Assembly (NCBI RefSeq): GCF_963921235.1
Contig: NC_086097.1
Location: forward strand, 254,822,001-254,886,000
DNA from: Mobula hypostoma
Taxonomy: Eukaryota
DNA length: 64,000 nucleotides
Reading direction: 5' to 3'
A program made the translations under genes and the position numbers. Positions 50,756 to 62,436 of the stretch are shown here, one piece after another (the first letter of the stretch is position 1; every line of letters starts with the position of its first letter). The notes under the pieces were generated by a model. The model saw only the letters and a program-made list of their open reading frames with translations, was not told where the DNA came from and did not search any database.

Positions 50756-53700
50756 TCGGGACTTCTTTTACTACGCCGATCATCAAGTCCGTACTACAGA
50801 GCTTCTCGGTGGCACAAGACTGCAGTCCGAATTGCTCCGACTCGTGACGAGGTAGAATACAGAGGCATCTGATCACATAACAGGCAAGGCCCGCAGATCA
50901 CTGGGTCACATTTCAGAGCGCTATGTCCTCACGATTGCTGCTCTGATAGTACGACAACTCTCACTGGTCCAAAGGTAACAGAAAGATAGAAATATTTTAT
51001 TGGATATGATTAGATGATGAGGACACTCGGTCCTCGTTTACTGTAATTTTAAAGTGCATGCGTTAAAAAATGATACCATGTTCCTCTGGTATGATATCAC
51101 AGAAATATAAAACAGACCAAGACTATAACTGACAAAAACCACATAATTCTACGGAATAGTTGCAACAGTGCAAAGCAATTCCGTAATTTGATAAGAGCAG
51201 ACCATGGGCATGGGAAAGAATTCTCAAAGCCCCGTGGTTTCATCAACTCACGCAGACGGTAGAAGGAAGAAACACCCCTCCATGAGCTTCCGGCGCCGCG
51301 AACTTGCCGATGCAGCGTCCTGGAAGCACCCGACCGCAGTCCCACAGTCAGTCCGTCCGAAAACCTAGAGCCTCCGACCATCCCTCCGACACCGAGCACT
51401 TAGCACAATCTCTGCCGAACCCTTCGACCCAGGCCCCGGCCGCCAACCAACAGGCAAACCCGAGAATACGGGCCACTCCTCTCTGGAGATTTTAGATGAC
51501 ACAGTAGAAGTACACGAGCAAGGGATGCCAGAATCTGAATTTCGGCGCATCGTTGGAGGACACCGTTGAAAGCGAAGGCAGCTGACGACATTGTTATCCG
51601 CCCTATGTCGTTTCCATATATCCGCTGAGGTGCACATCGGCTCATCTGTGCGGTGGCGCAAGTCGGGAGAAAAACCTTCATTTTTCTGCAAGAGCTTTGA
51701 AGTGGGAGCTGCGAAACAGAAGAGGCAGATGTGCATTAAGTGTACAGGAGCATGAAATTGGAGCGCCCTGCGCAAGCGAGCTCTTGCAAGAGCTGGTATG
51801 CAGTGTGCGTATGTCTGCAGTGTGTTGTCCCTTCTATCATCGTCCAGGAGAGAGGCAAATCGTCTAGTGATGATGGAATTCAGTCATTGAGCATTTCATC
51901 TGATTTGACATCTATCTGTAGTTTTCCAAAAGTGTCGGAGAATGCGGCAACGAAATAGACAGGAATGGCAGATCCGAGAATGCTGTCTTTGATAGCAGTT
52001 TAGATTTCCAGGAGAATGTTGAGTCGTACATGTCCTCACGCTTGCTGCTCTAACAGTACGACAACTCCCACTCGTTCTAAGGTAACACAGCGATGGAAAT
52101 ATTAGATTAGATTAGCTTAGGTTATGAGGACACTCAGTCGTCGTTCATTTTATTTTAACTTACAATGCATTCAAAAATGATACAATGTTCCTCCGGTATG
52201 AAATCACAAAAGCACAAGAAAACCAAGATTAAAAGTGACAAAAACCACATAATTCTACCATATAGTTAAGCAGTGCAAAGCAATACCGCAATTTGATTAT
52301 AGCAGACTATGGGCACGGAAGAAAGTCTCAAAGACCCGATGGCCTCGTTATCTCACACAGACGATAGAATGGAGAAAATCCCCCTACCATGAGTTTCCAG
52401 CGCCTCGAACTTGCCGATGCAGCGTCCTGGAAGCACCGGACCTCAGTCCAAACTCTGAGTCCGTCCGAAAACTTCGAGCCTCCGTCCAGCCCTCCGACAC
52501 CGAGCACCGAGCAACCTCTCTGCCGAACGACTCCACTCGGGGCCCCGCCGCCAAGCAACAGGCAAAGCCGAGGATTCGGGGCATTCCCCTCCGGAGATTT
52601 CCGATTACACAGTAGCAGCGGCAGCGAAGCAGGCATTTCAGAAATTTCACCATATGTTCCTCCGTGCTCTCACGTCTGCCTCCATCAAATCAGAATTGTG
52701 CACGGCCTCCTACTTGACAGGTAACAGATATTCCTCACCGGAGAGGCCGGGAGTAGCAAGTGTACAGAGGAAGAGACCGACACAAAGTCCCAGATGGAAC
52801 ATCGGTGACCTCTTCGTTGGAAGACATTTAGGAATCAGTCTAGGTTGAGCGATTACAAACTGCACGAGCAAGGGATGCCAGAATCTGAATTCCGGCGCAT
52901 CGTTGGAGGGCACCGTTGAAAGCGAAGGCAGCTGACGGCATTGTTATCGGACCTGTGTCGTTTTCATGTATCCGCTGAGGTGTACGTCGGCTCATCTGTG
53001 TGGTGGCACAAGTCGGGAGAAAAATCTTCATATTTCTGTAAGTGCTTTGAAGTGGGAGCTGTGAAACAGAAGAGGCCGGTGTGTATTAATTGTACAGGAA
53101 CATGAAATTGGATCGTCCTGCACAAGGGAGCTCTTGGAATAGCAGGTTTGCAGTGTGCGGATGTCTGCAGTGTTTTGTCCCTCCTATCATCGTCCAGGAG
53201 AGAGGCAAATCGTCCAGTGATGATGGAATTCAGTCACTGAGGTTTTCAGCTGATTTGTCATTTGGCTGTACTTTTCCTAAAGTGTCGGAGAATGCGGCAA
53301 CGAAATAGACAGGAATAGCAGGTCCGAGAATCTTCTCTTTGATAGCAGTGTAGATTTCCAGCAGAATGTCGGGGAGGGGACGAACTGGAAATATAAGGAT
53401 GAAGATAAAGGGAAAGAGAGAATAAGAAAAGTTAAGGGAGATAGCAGAATCAACAGAGCAGAAAGCTCAAGAAGGGATCATACAGTATGGCCAAGTGAAA
53501 TAGGAATTGATATGGGAGGTGAGGGGAGTAATGAATTAAAAGTATTGTATATGAATGCACGGAGTATAAGAAATAAAGTGGATGGACTTGAGGCACAGTT
53601 GGAAATTGGTAAGTATGATGTTGTGGGAATAACAGAGACATAGCTTCAAGTGGACAGGTCCTGGGGAATGAATATTCAAGGGTATACGTCCTATCGAAAG

Positions 53701-55361
53701 GATAGACTGATGGGCAGAGGGGTTGGGGTGGCTCTGTTGGTGAGGAATGATATTCAGTCCCTTGCGAGGGATGACATAGAATCAGGAGACGTGGAGTCAG
53801 TATGGATAGAACTGAGAAATTCTAAAGGTAGAAAGACCCTAATGGGAGTTATCTACAGGCCCCCAAACAGTAGTCTGGATGTAGGGTGTAAGTTGAACAA
53901 GAGTTAAAATTGGCATGTAGCAAAGGTAATGGTACAGTTGTTATGGGGGATTTCAACATGCAGGTAGACTGGAGGAATCAGGGTGGTACTGGACCCCAAG
54001 AAAGGGAGTTTGTGGAGTCCCTCCGAGATGGATTCTTAGAACAGCTTGTACTGGAGTCTACCAGAGAGAACGCAATTCTAGATTTGGTGTTGTGCAATGA
54101 ACCGGATTTGATCAGGGACCTCGAGGTAAAGTAGCCATTAGGAGGCAGTGACCTTCATATGATAAGTTCTAATCTACAATTTGAGAGGGAGAAGGGAAAC
54201 TCGGAAGTGTCAGTATTACAGTTGAACAAAGGGAACTATGGTGCTATAAGGGAAGAGCTGGTCAAAGTTCAATGGAACAATACCCAAGCAGGGATGACAG
54301 TGGAACAGCAATGGCAAGTGTTCCTGGGAATAATGCGGAAGGTGCAGGATCAGTTCGTTCCAAAGAGGAAGAAAGATCCTAAGGGGAGTAAGGGGAGGCC
54401 GTGGCTGACAAGGGAAGTAATGGACAGTATAAAAATAAAAGAGAAGTATAACATAGCAAAGACGAGGAGGAAGCCGAAGGATTGGGAAACTTTTAAAGAG
54501 CAACAGAATGTAACTAAAAAGGCAATATGCGGAGAAAAAAATGAGGTACGAAGGTAAACTAGCCAAGAATACAAAGGAGGACAGTAAAAGCTTCTTTAGG
54601 TATGTGAAAAGGGAAAAAAAATAGTTAAGACCAAAACTGGGCCCTTGAAGACAGAAACTGGTGAATTTATTATGGGGAACAAGGAAATGGCAGACGAGTT
54701 GAACAGGTACTTTCGATCTGTCTTCAGTAGGGAAGACACAAACAATCTCCCAGATATAATAGTGGCCAAAGGACCTAGGGTAATGGATGAACTGAAGGAA
54801 ATTCAGTAACTGGACCGGTCCGAGTCAGCATGGATTTACGAAGGGGAAATCGTGCTTGACACTAATCTTCTGGAATTTTTTGAGGATGTAACTATGAAAA
54901 TGGACAGGGGAGAGCCAGTGGATGTAGTGTACCTGCACTTTCAGAAATCATTTGATAAAGTCCCACATAGGAGATTAGTGGGCAAAATTAGGGTACATGG
55001 CATTGGGGACAGAGTACTGACATGGATTGAAAATTGGCTGGCTGGCTGACAGAAAACAAAGAGTAGCGATTAACGGGTCCCTTTCCGACTGTCAGGCTGT
55101 GACCAGTGGGGTACCGCAGGGTTTAGTGCTGGGACCGCAGCTGTTTACGAAATATATTAATGATTTAGATGAGGGAATTAAAAGTAACATTAGCAAATTT
55201 GCCGATGACACGAAGCTGGGTGGCAGTGTGAAATGTAAGGAGGATGTTATGAGAATGCAGGGTGACTTGGACAGACTGGGTGAGTGGGCAGATGCAGTTT
55301 AATGTGGATGAATGTGAGGTTATCCACTTTGGTGGTAAGAAGGCGATCCATTTTATCCTAT

Positions 55362-58277
55362 TTAGTCCCACTGCCCCGCCTTTTCACCATAACCTTTGAT
55401 GCCCTGGCTACTCAGATACCTATCAATCTCTGCCTTAAATACGCCCAATGACTTGGCCTCCACTGCTGCCCGTGGCAAAAAATTGCATAGATTCACCACC
55501 CTCTGACTAAAAAAATTTCTTCGCATTTCTGTACTGAAAGGGCGCCCTTCAATCCTGAACTCATGCTCTCTCGTACTAGACTCCCCCATCATGGGAAACA
55601 ACTTTGCCACATCCACTCTGTCCATGCCTTTTAACATTCGAAATGTTTCTGTGAGGTCTCCCCTCATTCTTCTAAACTCCAAGGAATACAGTCCAAGAGC
55701 GGATAAACGTTCCTCATATGTTAACCCTCTCATTCCCGGAATCATTCTCGTGAATCTTCTCTGTACCCTCTCCAACGTCAGCACATCCTTTCTTAAATAA
55801 GGACACCAAAACTGCCCACAGTACTCCAAGTGAGGTCTCACCAGCGCCTTATAGAGCCTCAACATCACATCCCTGCTCCTATACTCTATTCCTCTAGAAA
55901 TGAATGGCAACATTGCATTCGCCTTCTTCACTACTGACTCAACCTGGAGGTTAACTTTAAGGGAATCCTGTACGAGGACTCCCAAGTCCCGTTGCATCTC
56001 AGAAATTTGAATTCTTTCCCCATTTAAATAATAGTCTGCCCGTTTATTTTTTTTGCCAAAGTGCATAACCATACACTTTCCAACACTGTACTTCATTTGC
56101 CACTTCTCTGCCCATTCTTCCAATCTATCCAAGTCTCTCTGCAGACTCTCCGTTTCCTCAGCACTACCGGCCCCTCCACCTATCTTCGTATCGTCAGCAA
56201 ACTTAGCCACAAAACCATCTATTCCATAATCCAGATCGTTGATGTACAATGTAAAAAGAAGCGGCCCCAACACGGACCCCTGTGGAACACCACTGGTAAC
56301 CGGCAGCCAACCAGAATAGGATCCCTTTATTCCCACTCTCTGTTTCCTGCCAATCAGCCAACGATCTATCCACGTATGTAACTTTTCCGTAATTCCATGG
56401 GCTCTTATCTTGTTTAGTAGCCTCATGTGTGGCACTTTGTCAAACGCCTTCTGAAAATCCAAATATACAACATCCACTGCATCTCCCTTGTCTAACCTAC
56501 TGGTAATTTCCTCAAAAAATTGTAATAGGTTTGTTAGGCAGGATTTTCCTTTAAGGAATCCATGCTGAGTTCTGCCTATCTTGTCATATGCCTCCAGGTA
56601 CTCTGTAACCTCATCCTTGACAATCGACTCCAACAACTTCCCAACCACCGACGTCAAGCTAACAGGTCTATAATTTCCTTTTTGCTTTCTTGCCCCCTTT
56701 CGAAATAGCGGAGTGACATTTGCAATCTTCCAGTCTTCTGGAAACATGCCAGAATCTATCAACTTTTGAAAGATTATCGCTAATGCCTCCGCAATCTCCA
56801 CAGCTACTTCCTTCAGAACACGAGGGTGCATTCCATCTGGTCCAGGAGATTTATCGACCTTTAGCCTATTCAGCTTCCTGTGTACTTTCTCTGTCATAAT
56901 TGTGACTGCGCTCACTTCTCTTCCCTGCCACCCTTGAGCGTCCGGTATCCTGCTGTCTTCCTCAGTGAAGACTGATGCAAAATACTTGTTCAGTTCCTTT
57001 GCCATCTCCTCATCTCCCATTACAATTTCTCCAGTATCATTTTCTATCGGTCCTATATCTACTCTCACCTGTCTTTTACTCTTTATATACTTGAAAAAGC
57101 TTTTAGTATCCTCTTCGATATTATTTGCTAGTTTCCTTTCATAGTTAATCTTTTCTCTCTTGATGACCTTCTTAGTTTCCTTTTGTAAGGTTTTAAAAAC
57201 TTCCCAATCCTCTGTCTTCCCACTAATTTTTGCTTCCTTATATGCCCTCTCCTTTGCTTTAACTTTCGCTTTGACTTCTCTTGTCAACCACGGTTGCATC
57301 CTTTTTCCACTCGAAAATTTCTTCTTTTTTGGAATATACCTGTCTTGCACATTCCTCATTTTTCGTATAAACTCCAGCCACTGCTGCTCTGCCGTCTTTC
57401 CCGTCAGTGTCTCTTTCCAGTCAACTTTAGCCAGTTCCTCTCTCATGCCACTGTAATTTCCTTCACTCCACTGAAACACCGACACATCAGATTTCGGCTT
57501 CTCTTTTTCTAATTTCACAGTGAACTCAATCATGTTATGATCACTGCCTCCTAAGGGTTCCTTCACCTCAATCTCTCCAATCACCTCCCGTTCATTACAC
57601 AATACCCAATCCAGTACAGCCGATCCCCTAGTGGGCTCAACAACAAACTGTTCTAAAAAGCCATCTCGCAGACATTCTACAAATTCTCTCTCTTGAGATC
57701 CAGTGCCGACCTAATTTTTCCAATCTACTCGCATGTTAAAATCCCCCACAATCATCATAACACTGCCCTTCTGACAAGCCTTTTCTATTTCCAGTTGTAA
57801 TTTGTAGTCCACATCCCTGCAGCTGTTTGGAGGCCTATAAATAACTGCCATCAGGGTCTTTTTACCCCTGCTATTCCTTAGCTCAACCCATAAAGGTTCT
57901 GCACCTTCAGATCCTATATCACCTCTTTCTAACGATTTAATATCATTTCTTATCAATAAAGCCACGCCTCCCCCTCTGCCTACCTTCCTATCCTTCCGAT
58001 ACACCGTGTATCCTTGGACGTTCAGCTCCCAGAGACATGCATCCTTTAGCCAGGTCTCAGTGATGGCCACAATATCATACCTGCCAATCTGTAGCTGTAC
58101 AACAAGATCATCCACCTTATTCCTTATGCTGCATGCATTTAAGTACAACACCTTAAGACCAGTATTTGATACTTTTTGCTTTGATTTCACTGCAACTTTA
58201 TTGCACTTCAACTCATCCCAATGGCTACACATTTGCCCCATTACCTGCCTGTCTTTCCTGACATCTTTACTGCTCAC
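55362..58277 (-). pseudogene. CR1 ORF2 (APE endonuclease + RT) with a single in-frame TAG at 57711-57713
   Basis: LYLNACSI, AITETWL, GDFN, SDH, FADDTK motifs; the two ORFs are 108 nt apart in one frame. Confidence 0.85.
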
Positions 58278-58345
58278 TATCTTAGATTTATTTGTGTTTT
58301 CCCCTTCCTCTGCTCTATCATTCCGGTTCCCATCCCCCTGCCAAA

Positions 58346-59008
58346 TTAGTTTAAACCCTCCCTAACAGCTCTATTAAACTTTCCCGCCAGGATATTGGTC
58401 CCCTTCGGGTTCAGGTGTAACCTGTCCTTTTTGAACAGGTCATACTTTCCCCAGAAGAGATTCCAATTATCCAAGAATCTGAAGCCCTGCCCCCTACACC
58501 AGTCTCTCAGCCAGGCATTCATCTGCCTGATCCGACGAGTCTTGCCCTCGCTAGCACGTGGCACAGGTAGCAATCCCGAGATTACTACCCTGGAGGTCCT
58601 GCTTCTCAGCTTCCTTCCTAACTCCTGGAAATCTCTCTTCAGGACCTCCTCCTTTGTCCTATCTATGTCATTGGTACCAACATGTACCAATACAACTGGC
58701 TGCTCACCTTCCCCCTTTAGAATATTCAGGACCCGATCCGAGACATCCCGTACCCTGGCACCTGGGAGGCAACACACCATGGGGGTATCTCTGTCAGGCT
58801 CACAGAATCTCCTGTCTGTTCCTCTGACTATGGAATCCCCCACGACTACCGCATTTCTCTTCTCCCTCCTTCTCTCCTGCACAACAGCGCCAGGCTCAGT
58901 GCCAGAGACCCGGTCACCGTGGATATCCCCCGTCAGGTCATCCCCCTCAACAGCATCCAGAACAAGATATTTGTTGCTGAGGGGGACAGCCACAGGGGGA
59001 CTCTCCAC
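58346..59008 (-). CDS. CR1 ORF1 esterase (SGNH/GDSL-like) domain, N-terminally truncated
   Basis: VVGDSIVRG, CCLPGARV, HVGTND, DRLHLN. Confidence 0.8.
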   Translation of the reverse strand: MESPPVAVPLSNKYLVLDAVEGDDLTGDIHGDRVSGTEPGAVVQERRREKRNAVVVGDSIVRGTDRRFCEPDRDTPMVCCLPGARVRDVSDRVLNILKGEGEQPVVLVHVGTNDIDRTKEEVLKRDFQELGRKLRSRTSRVVISGLLPVPRASEGKTRRIRQMNAWLRDWCRGQGFRFLDNWNLFWGKYDLFKKDRLHLNPKGTNILAGKFNRAVREGLN

Positions 59009-60342
59009 TATGTTATTATCTAAGTGTAGTCAATTTAGGAAAAGGGGAAGTACAACGAGATCTAGGTGTTCTTCTGCATCAGTCAGTGAAAGCAAGCATG
59101 CAAGTACAGCAGGCTGTGAAGAAAACTAATGGCATGCTGGCCTTCATAACAAGGGTAATTGAGTTTAAGAGCAAAGAGGTCCTTCTGCAGCTGTACAGGG
59201 CCCTGGTGAGACCACACCTGGAGTACTGTGTGCAGTTTTGGTCTCCAAATTTGAGGAAGGACATTCTTGCTATTGAGGGAGAGCAGCGTAGGTTCACAAG
59301 GTTAATTCCAGGGATGGGGGGACTGTCATATGACGAAATATTGGAGCGACTAGGCTTGTATACTCTGGAATTTAGAAGGCTGAGAGGGAATCTTATTGAA
59401 ACATGTAAGATTATTAAGGGATTGGACACGCTGGAGGCAGGAGACATATTCCCGCTGATGGGTGAGTCCAGAACCAGAGGCCACAGTTTAAGAATAGGGG
59501 TAGACCATTTAGAACGGAAATGAGGAAAAACTTTTTCACCCAGAGAGTGGAGGATACATGGAATGCTCTGCCCAGAAGGCTGTGGAGGCCAAGTCTCTGG
59601 ATGCATTCAAGAAAGAGATGAATAGAGCTTTTAAAGATAGCGGAATCAAAGGTGATGGGGAGAAGGCAGGAACTGGAAACTGATTGTGGATGATCAGCCA
59701 TGATCACGGTGAATGGCGGTGCTGTTTCGAAGGGCCGAATGGCCTACTCCTGCACCTATTGTCTATTGTCTATTAATGTTGAGTCGTAGATGGAGTTTTA
59801 CAGTCTACCAGATGAAATGGATGACGCGGCCATCTCCTTGGTTCATGGAGAAGTTCTGCTTCTGACACATGAGTTCCCGCCGGGGCGAAATAATACAGGA
59901 AAGGTGAAGGCGGAAAGGTTGCCGACTGAGGTGGTGTTGGTGATATGTGTGTGATGAGGGGCCAGATTTCAGCTGAGGTGAATATGCATGTTCACGGACG
60001 CGACGCATTACACAGTATGTTTCAGTGTCTCTGTGAGGAAGTGATTGTACTGCGAATGTTTGTCGCTACATTGAAGTGGAGATATCAATTCCAACTGCAA
60101 TAACAATCGGTTGTAAAAATAGACAGAAGGATAATTCTTTTCATGCAGGAGAATGAATTGTCGTTTGGGGACATGAGAGGTGACAGTGGCAGAGAGCGAC
60201 CGTATGTGTGTCTGAGTGGTTGGTTGATGATTGAGTGAGTGTGTCTGTGTGTGAGCTGCTGATTGTGCAACGGTGAGCAGTGGCAGACATGCAATGGTGC
60301 TTGTGGCGCTGAGCAAATTACAGGAGGTGGATCGGATGTGCT

Positions 60343-60415
60343 GGGGAATTAGCTCAAATGGTAGAGCGCTCGCTTAGCATGCGAGAGGTAGCGAGCTCGA
60401 TGCTCGCATTCTCCA
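60343..60415 (+). tRNA. tRNA-Ala(AGC), copy 6 (A54C in T loop/B box)
   Basis: 73 nt; GCGAGCTCGATGCTCGC. Confidence 0.85.
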
Positions 60416-60694
60416 TTGACATTTTGTACCGAGAGGCACTCGTCTCATGAAATTGCTGTGAAGTTTGGATGCACAAAAGATAGGGATGGCGGTGAAGGAG
60501 AGAAACGTGTCTCAGTCAAAGGAAAGGGGGACGTGTCGTAGGTCTGCTGCGTTAAAGGTAGATGCGAGGAAAAGCTAGCTGGCAGTGTTGTTTCGGTAGT
60601 GCATGAGCTGCCGGCGACCATTCAGACAAAAATCAGGTAAGTGGTCAAAAGGAAATTGCCCTGGACACTGGGCGAAATGGGAAAGCTGAGTAGC

Positions 60695-60794
60695 AACACA
60701 CATCAAAGTTGCTGGTGAACGCAGCAGGCCAAGCAGCATCTATAGGAAGAGGCGCAGTCGACGTTTCAGGCCGAGACCCTTCGTCAGGACTAAC
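60695..60794 (-). mobile_element. Penelope-like terminal fragment (duplicate of 29931-30030)
   Basis: Same sequence and junctions. Confidence 0.8.
60756..60791 (-). ncRNA. Minimal type I hammerhead ribozyme motif, core intact
   Basis: Same sequence as 29992-30027. Confidence 0.75.
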
Positions 60795-60864
60795 TTCGTC
60801 AGCCGTTGATTGTGACAAGGAAAGAAGATCAAAGAGCTGTGTTGGTGTCGTACCTCCAACACAG

Positions 60865-61742
60865 ATGTATTGCGCATGCACCGGTCGTGCTTGCAGCCTG
60901 TTGCAGCTGGTCCGACTAGTTTCTTACTGTTTTCTTCTTTCTTTTTTAACTTGTTTTTTTTCACGGAACACATTGATGCAGCAACCTCTCTAACATGGTG
61001 GTGGAGCGAGTTTTATTTGGGTTTTCATCTCTGGAAATAGTTACATTGTGGCACGTCTCATTAGCGTGGCAGCAGTATGGTCGCAATGTTTATTCCACGG
61101 ATCAGTCGACGCGCTGATGCCGGCCGGTTTACCGAACAGAGCGGCGGACACCCCTGCTGAAATCTGGAGGAAAACAGACAGAGGATGCAGAGGGGGATCA
61201 AAAAGGCGAGGAAAGAGGATCGGGTCGAGACAACAGAGATTTATGGAGAAGAGGAGTTCTCTACTTGGACTGCACGTGGACATAACCGATCAAAACTTTT
61301 TCATGGAGGGTTCCAGACCGTTCGGGCTGACTGGAAGTGTACTGACAGCGGTAAGCGTAAAAGAGTGGGGGGCTTGCTGTTCTGGTTAACAATGGATGGT
61401 GCAAGGCTGGTCATATTACGATCCAGGAACGGGTTTGTAGCCCGGATATTGAACGTTTTGCTGTTGGACTCCGGCCATATTCCACCGAGATACAACTGTG
61501 GTCGTTCCTGCCCGTGGTCATCGAACATTGCAACTCCTCCCGTGGAGGGCCAGACACCCTCAGCCAATAGGCTGGTCCTGGACTTATTTCAATCTGGCAT
61601 AGTTTGCATTTTGTTGTCTGATCGTTTGTAGTTGTTGTATTTCTATATTTTATGCTCTATTCTTGGTTGGTGCAGCTGTAACGAAACTCAGTTTCCCTCG
61701 GGATCAATAAAGTATCTCTTTGTCTATGTCTATCTCTATGTC
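60865..61742 (+). mobile_element. Internally deleted Rex1/Babar-like LINE (duplicate of 30101-30972)
   Basis: ORF translations 30284-30625 and 61048-61389 are identical; same junctions. Confidence 0.65.
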
Positions 61743-61920
61743 TACCCAGAATTGTGATAGCTCGGTGATGTGCGTCATCCGGTCGCCTGTGGCACCTCGT
61801 GTTGGAAGGACTAGATATTGCAATTGGCAGGCTGTTGCTCTGGGTCGATAGACACCAAGATGAAAATCTGCATAATCATTGTCGGTAGGAGCCAGCGTGG
61901 CGAAACTTGGTGTCGCTTTT

Positions 61921-62006
61921 CCTTCGATAGCTCAGTTGGTAGAGCGGAGGACTGTAGAGGAAATGGAGTCATCCTTAGGTCGCTGGTTCGAATCCGGCTC
62001 GAAGTA
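61921..62006 (+). tRNA. tRNA-Tyr(GTA) with intron, copy 6 (G72T breaks the C1:G72 pair; possible pseudogene)
   Basis: Ends CTCGAAGTA instead of CTCGAAGGA. Confidence 0.8.
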
Positions 62007-62436
62007 TATGGACTTCTTTTACTACGCGGATCATCAAGTCCCAACTACAGAGCTTCTCGGTGGCACAAGACTGCACTCCGAATTGCTCCGACTCGTGACG
62101 GGATAGAATACAGAGGCATCTAATCACATTACAGGCAAGGCCAGCAGATCACTGGGTGACATTTCAAAGCGCTATGTCCTCACGCTTGCTGCTCTGACAG
62201 TACGACAACTCTCACTCGTTCTTAAGTAACACAAAGATAGAAATATTAGATTGGATATGATTAGATGATGAGGACACTCAGTCCTCGTTTACTGTAATTT
62301 TAAAATGCATGCGTTAAAAAATGATACCATGTTCCTCCGGTATGATATCACAGAAACACAAGACAGACCAAGACTAAAACTGACCAAAAAAAAACATAAT
62401 TCTACCGTTTAGTTATAACAGTGTAAAGCAATACCG

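Larger units (their letters stand above)
55345..59010 (-). mobile_element. Near-complete young CR1 (ORF1 3' part and ORF2)
   Basis: ORF 58346-59008 SGNH esterase; ORF2 split into 57711-58277 and 55362-57602 in the same frame. Confidence 0.92.
53370..59774 (+). mobile_element. Duplicate of the CR1 insertion at 26263-29011, carrying a nested antisense CR1
   Basis: Same 5' truncation point, same internal deletion (~54805), same AATGT TSD and tail. Confidence 0.9.
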
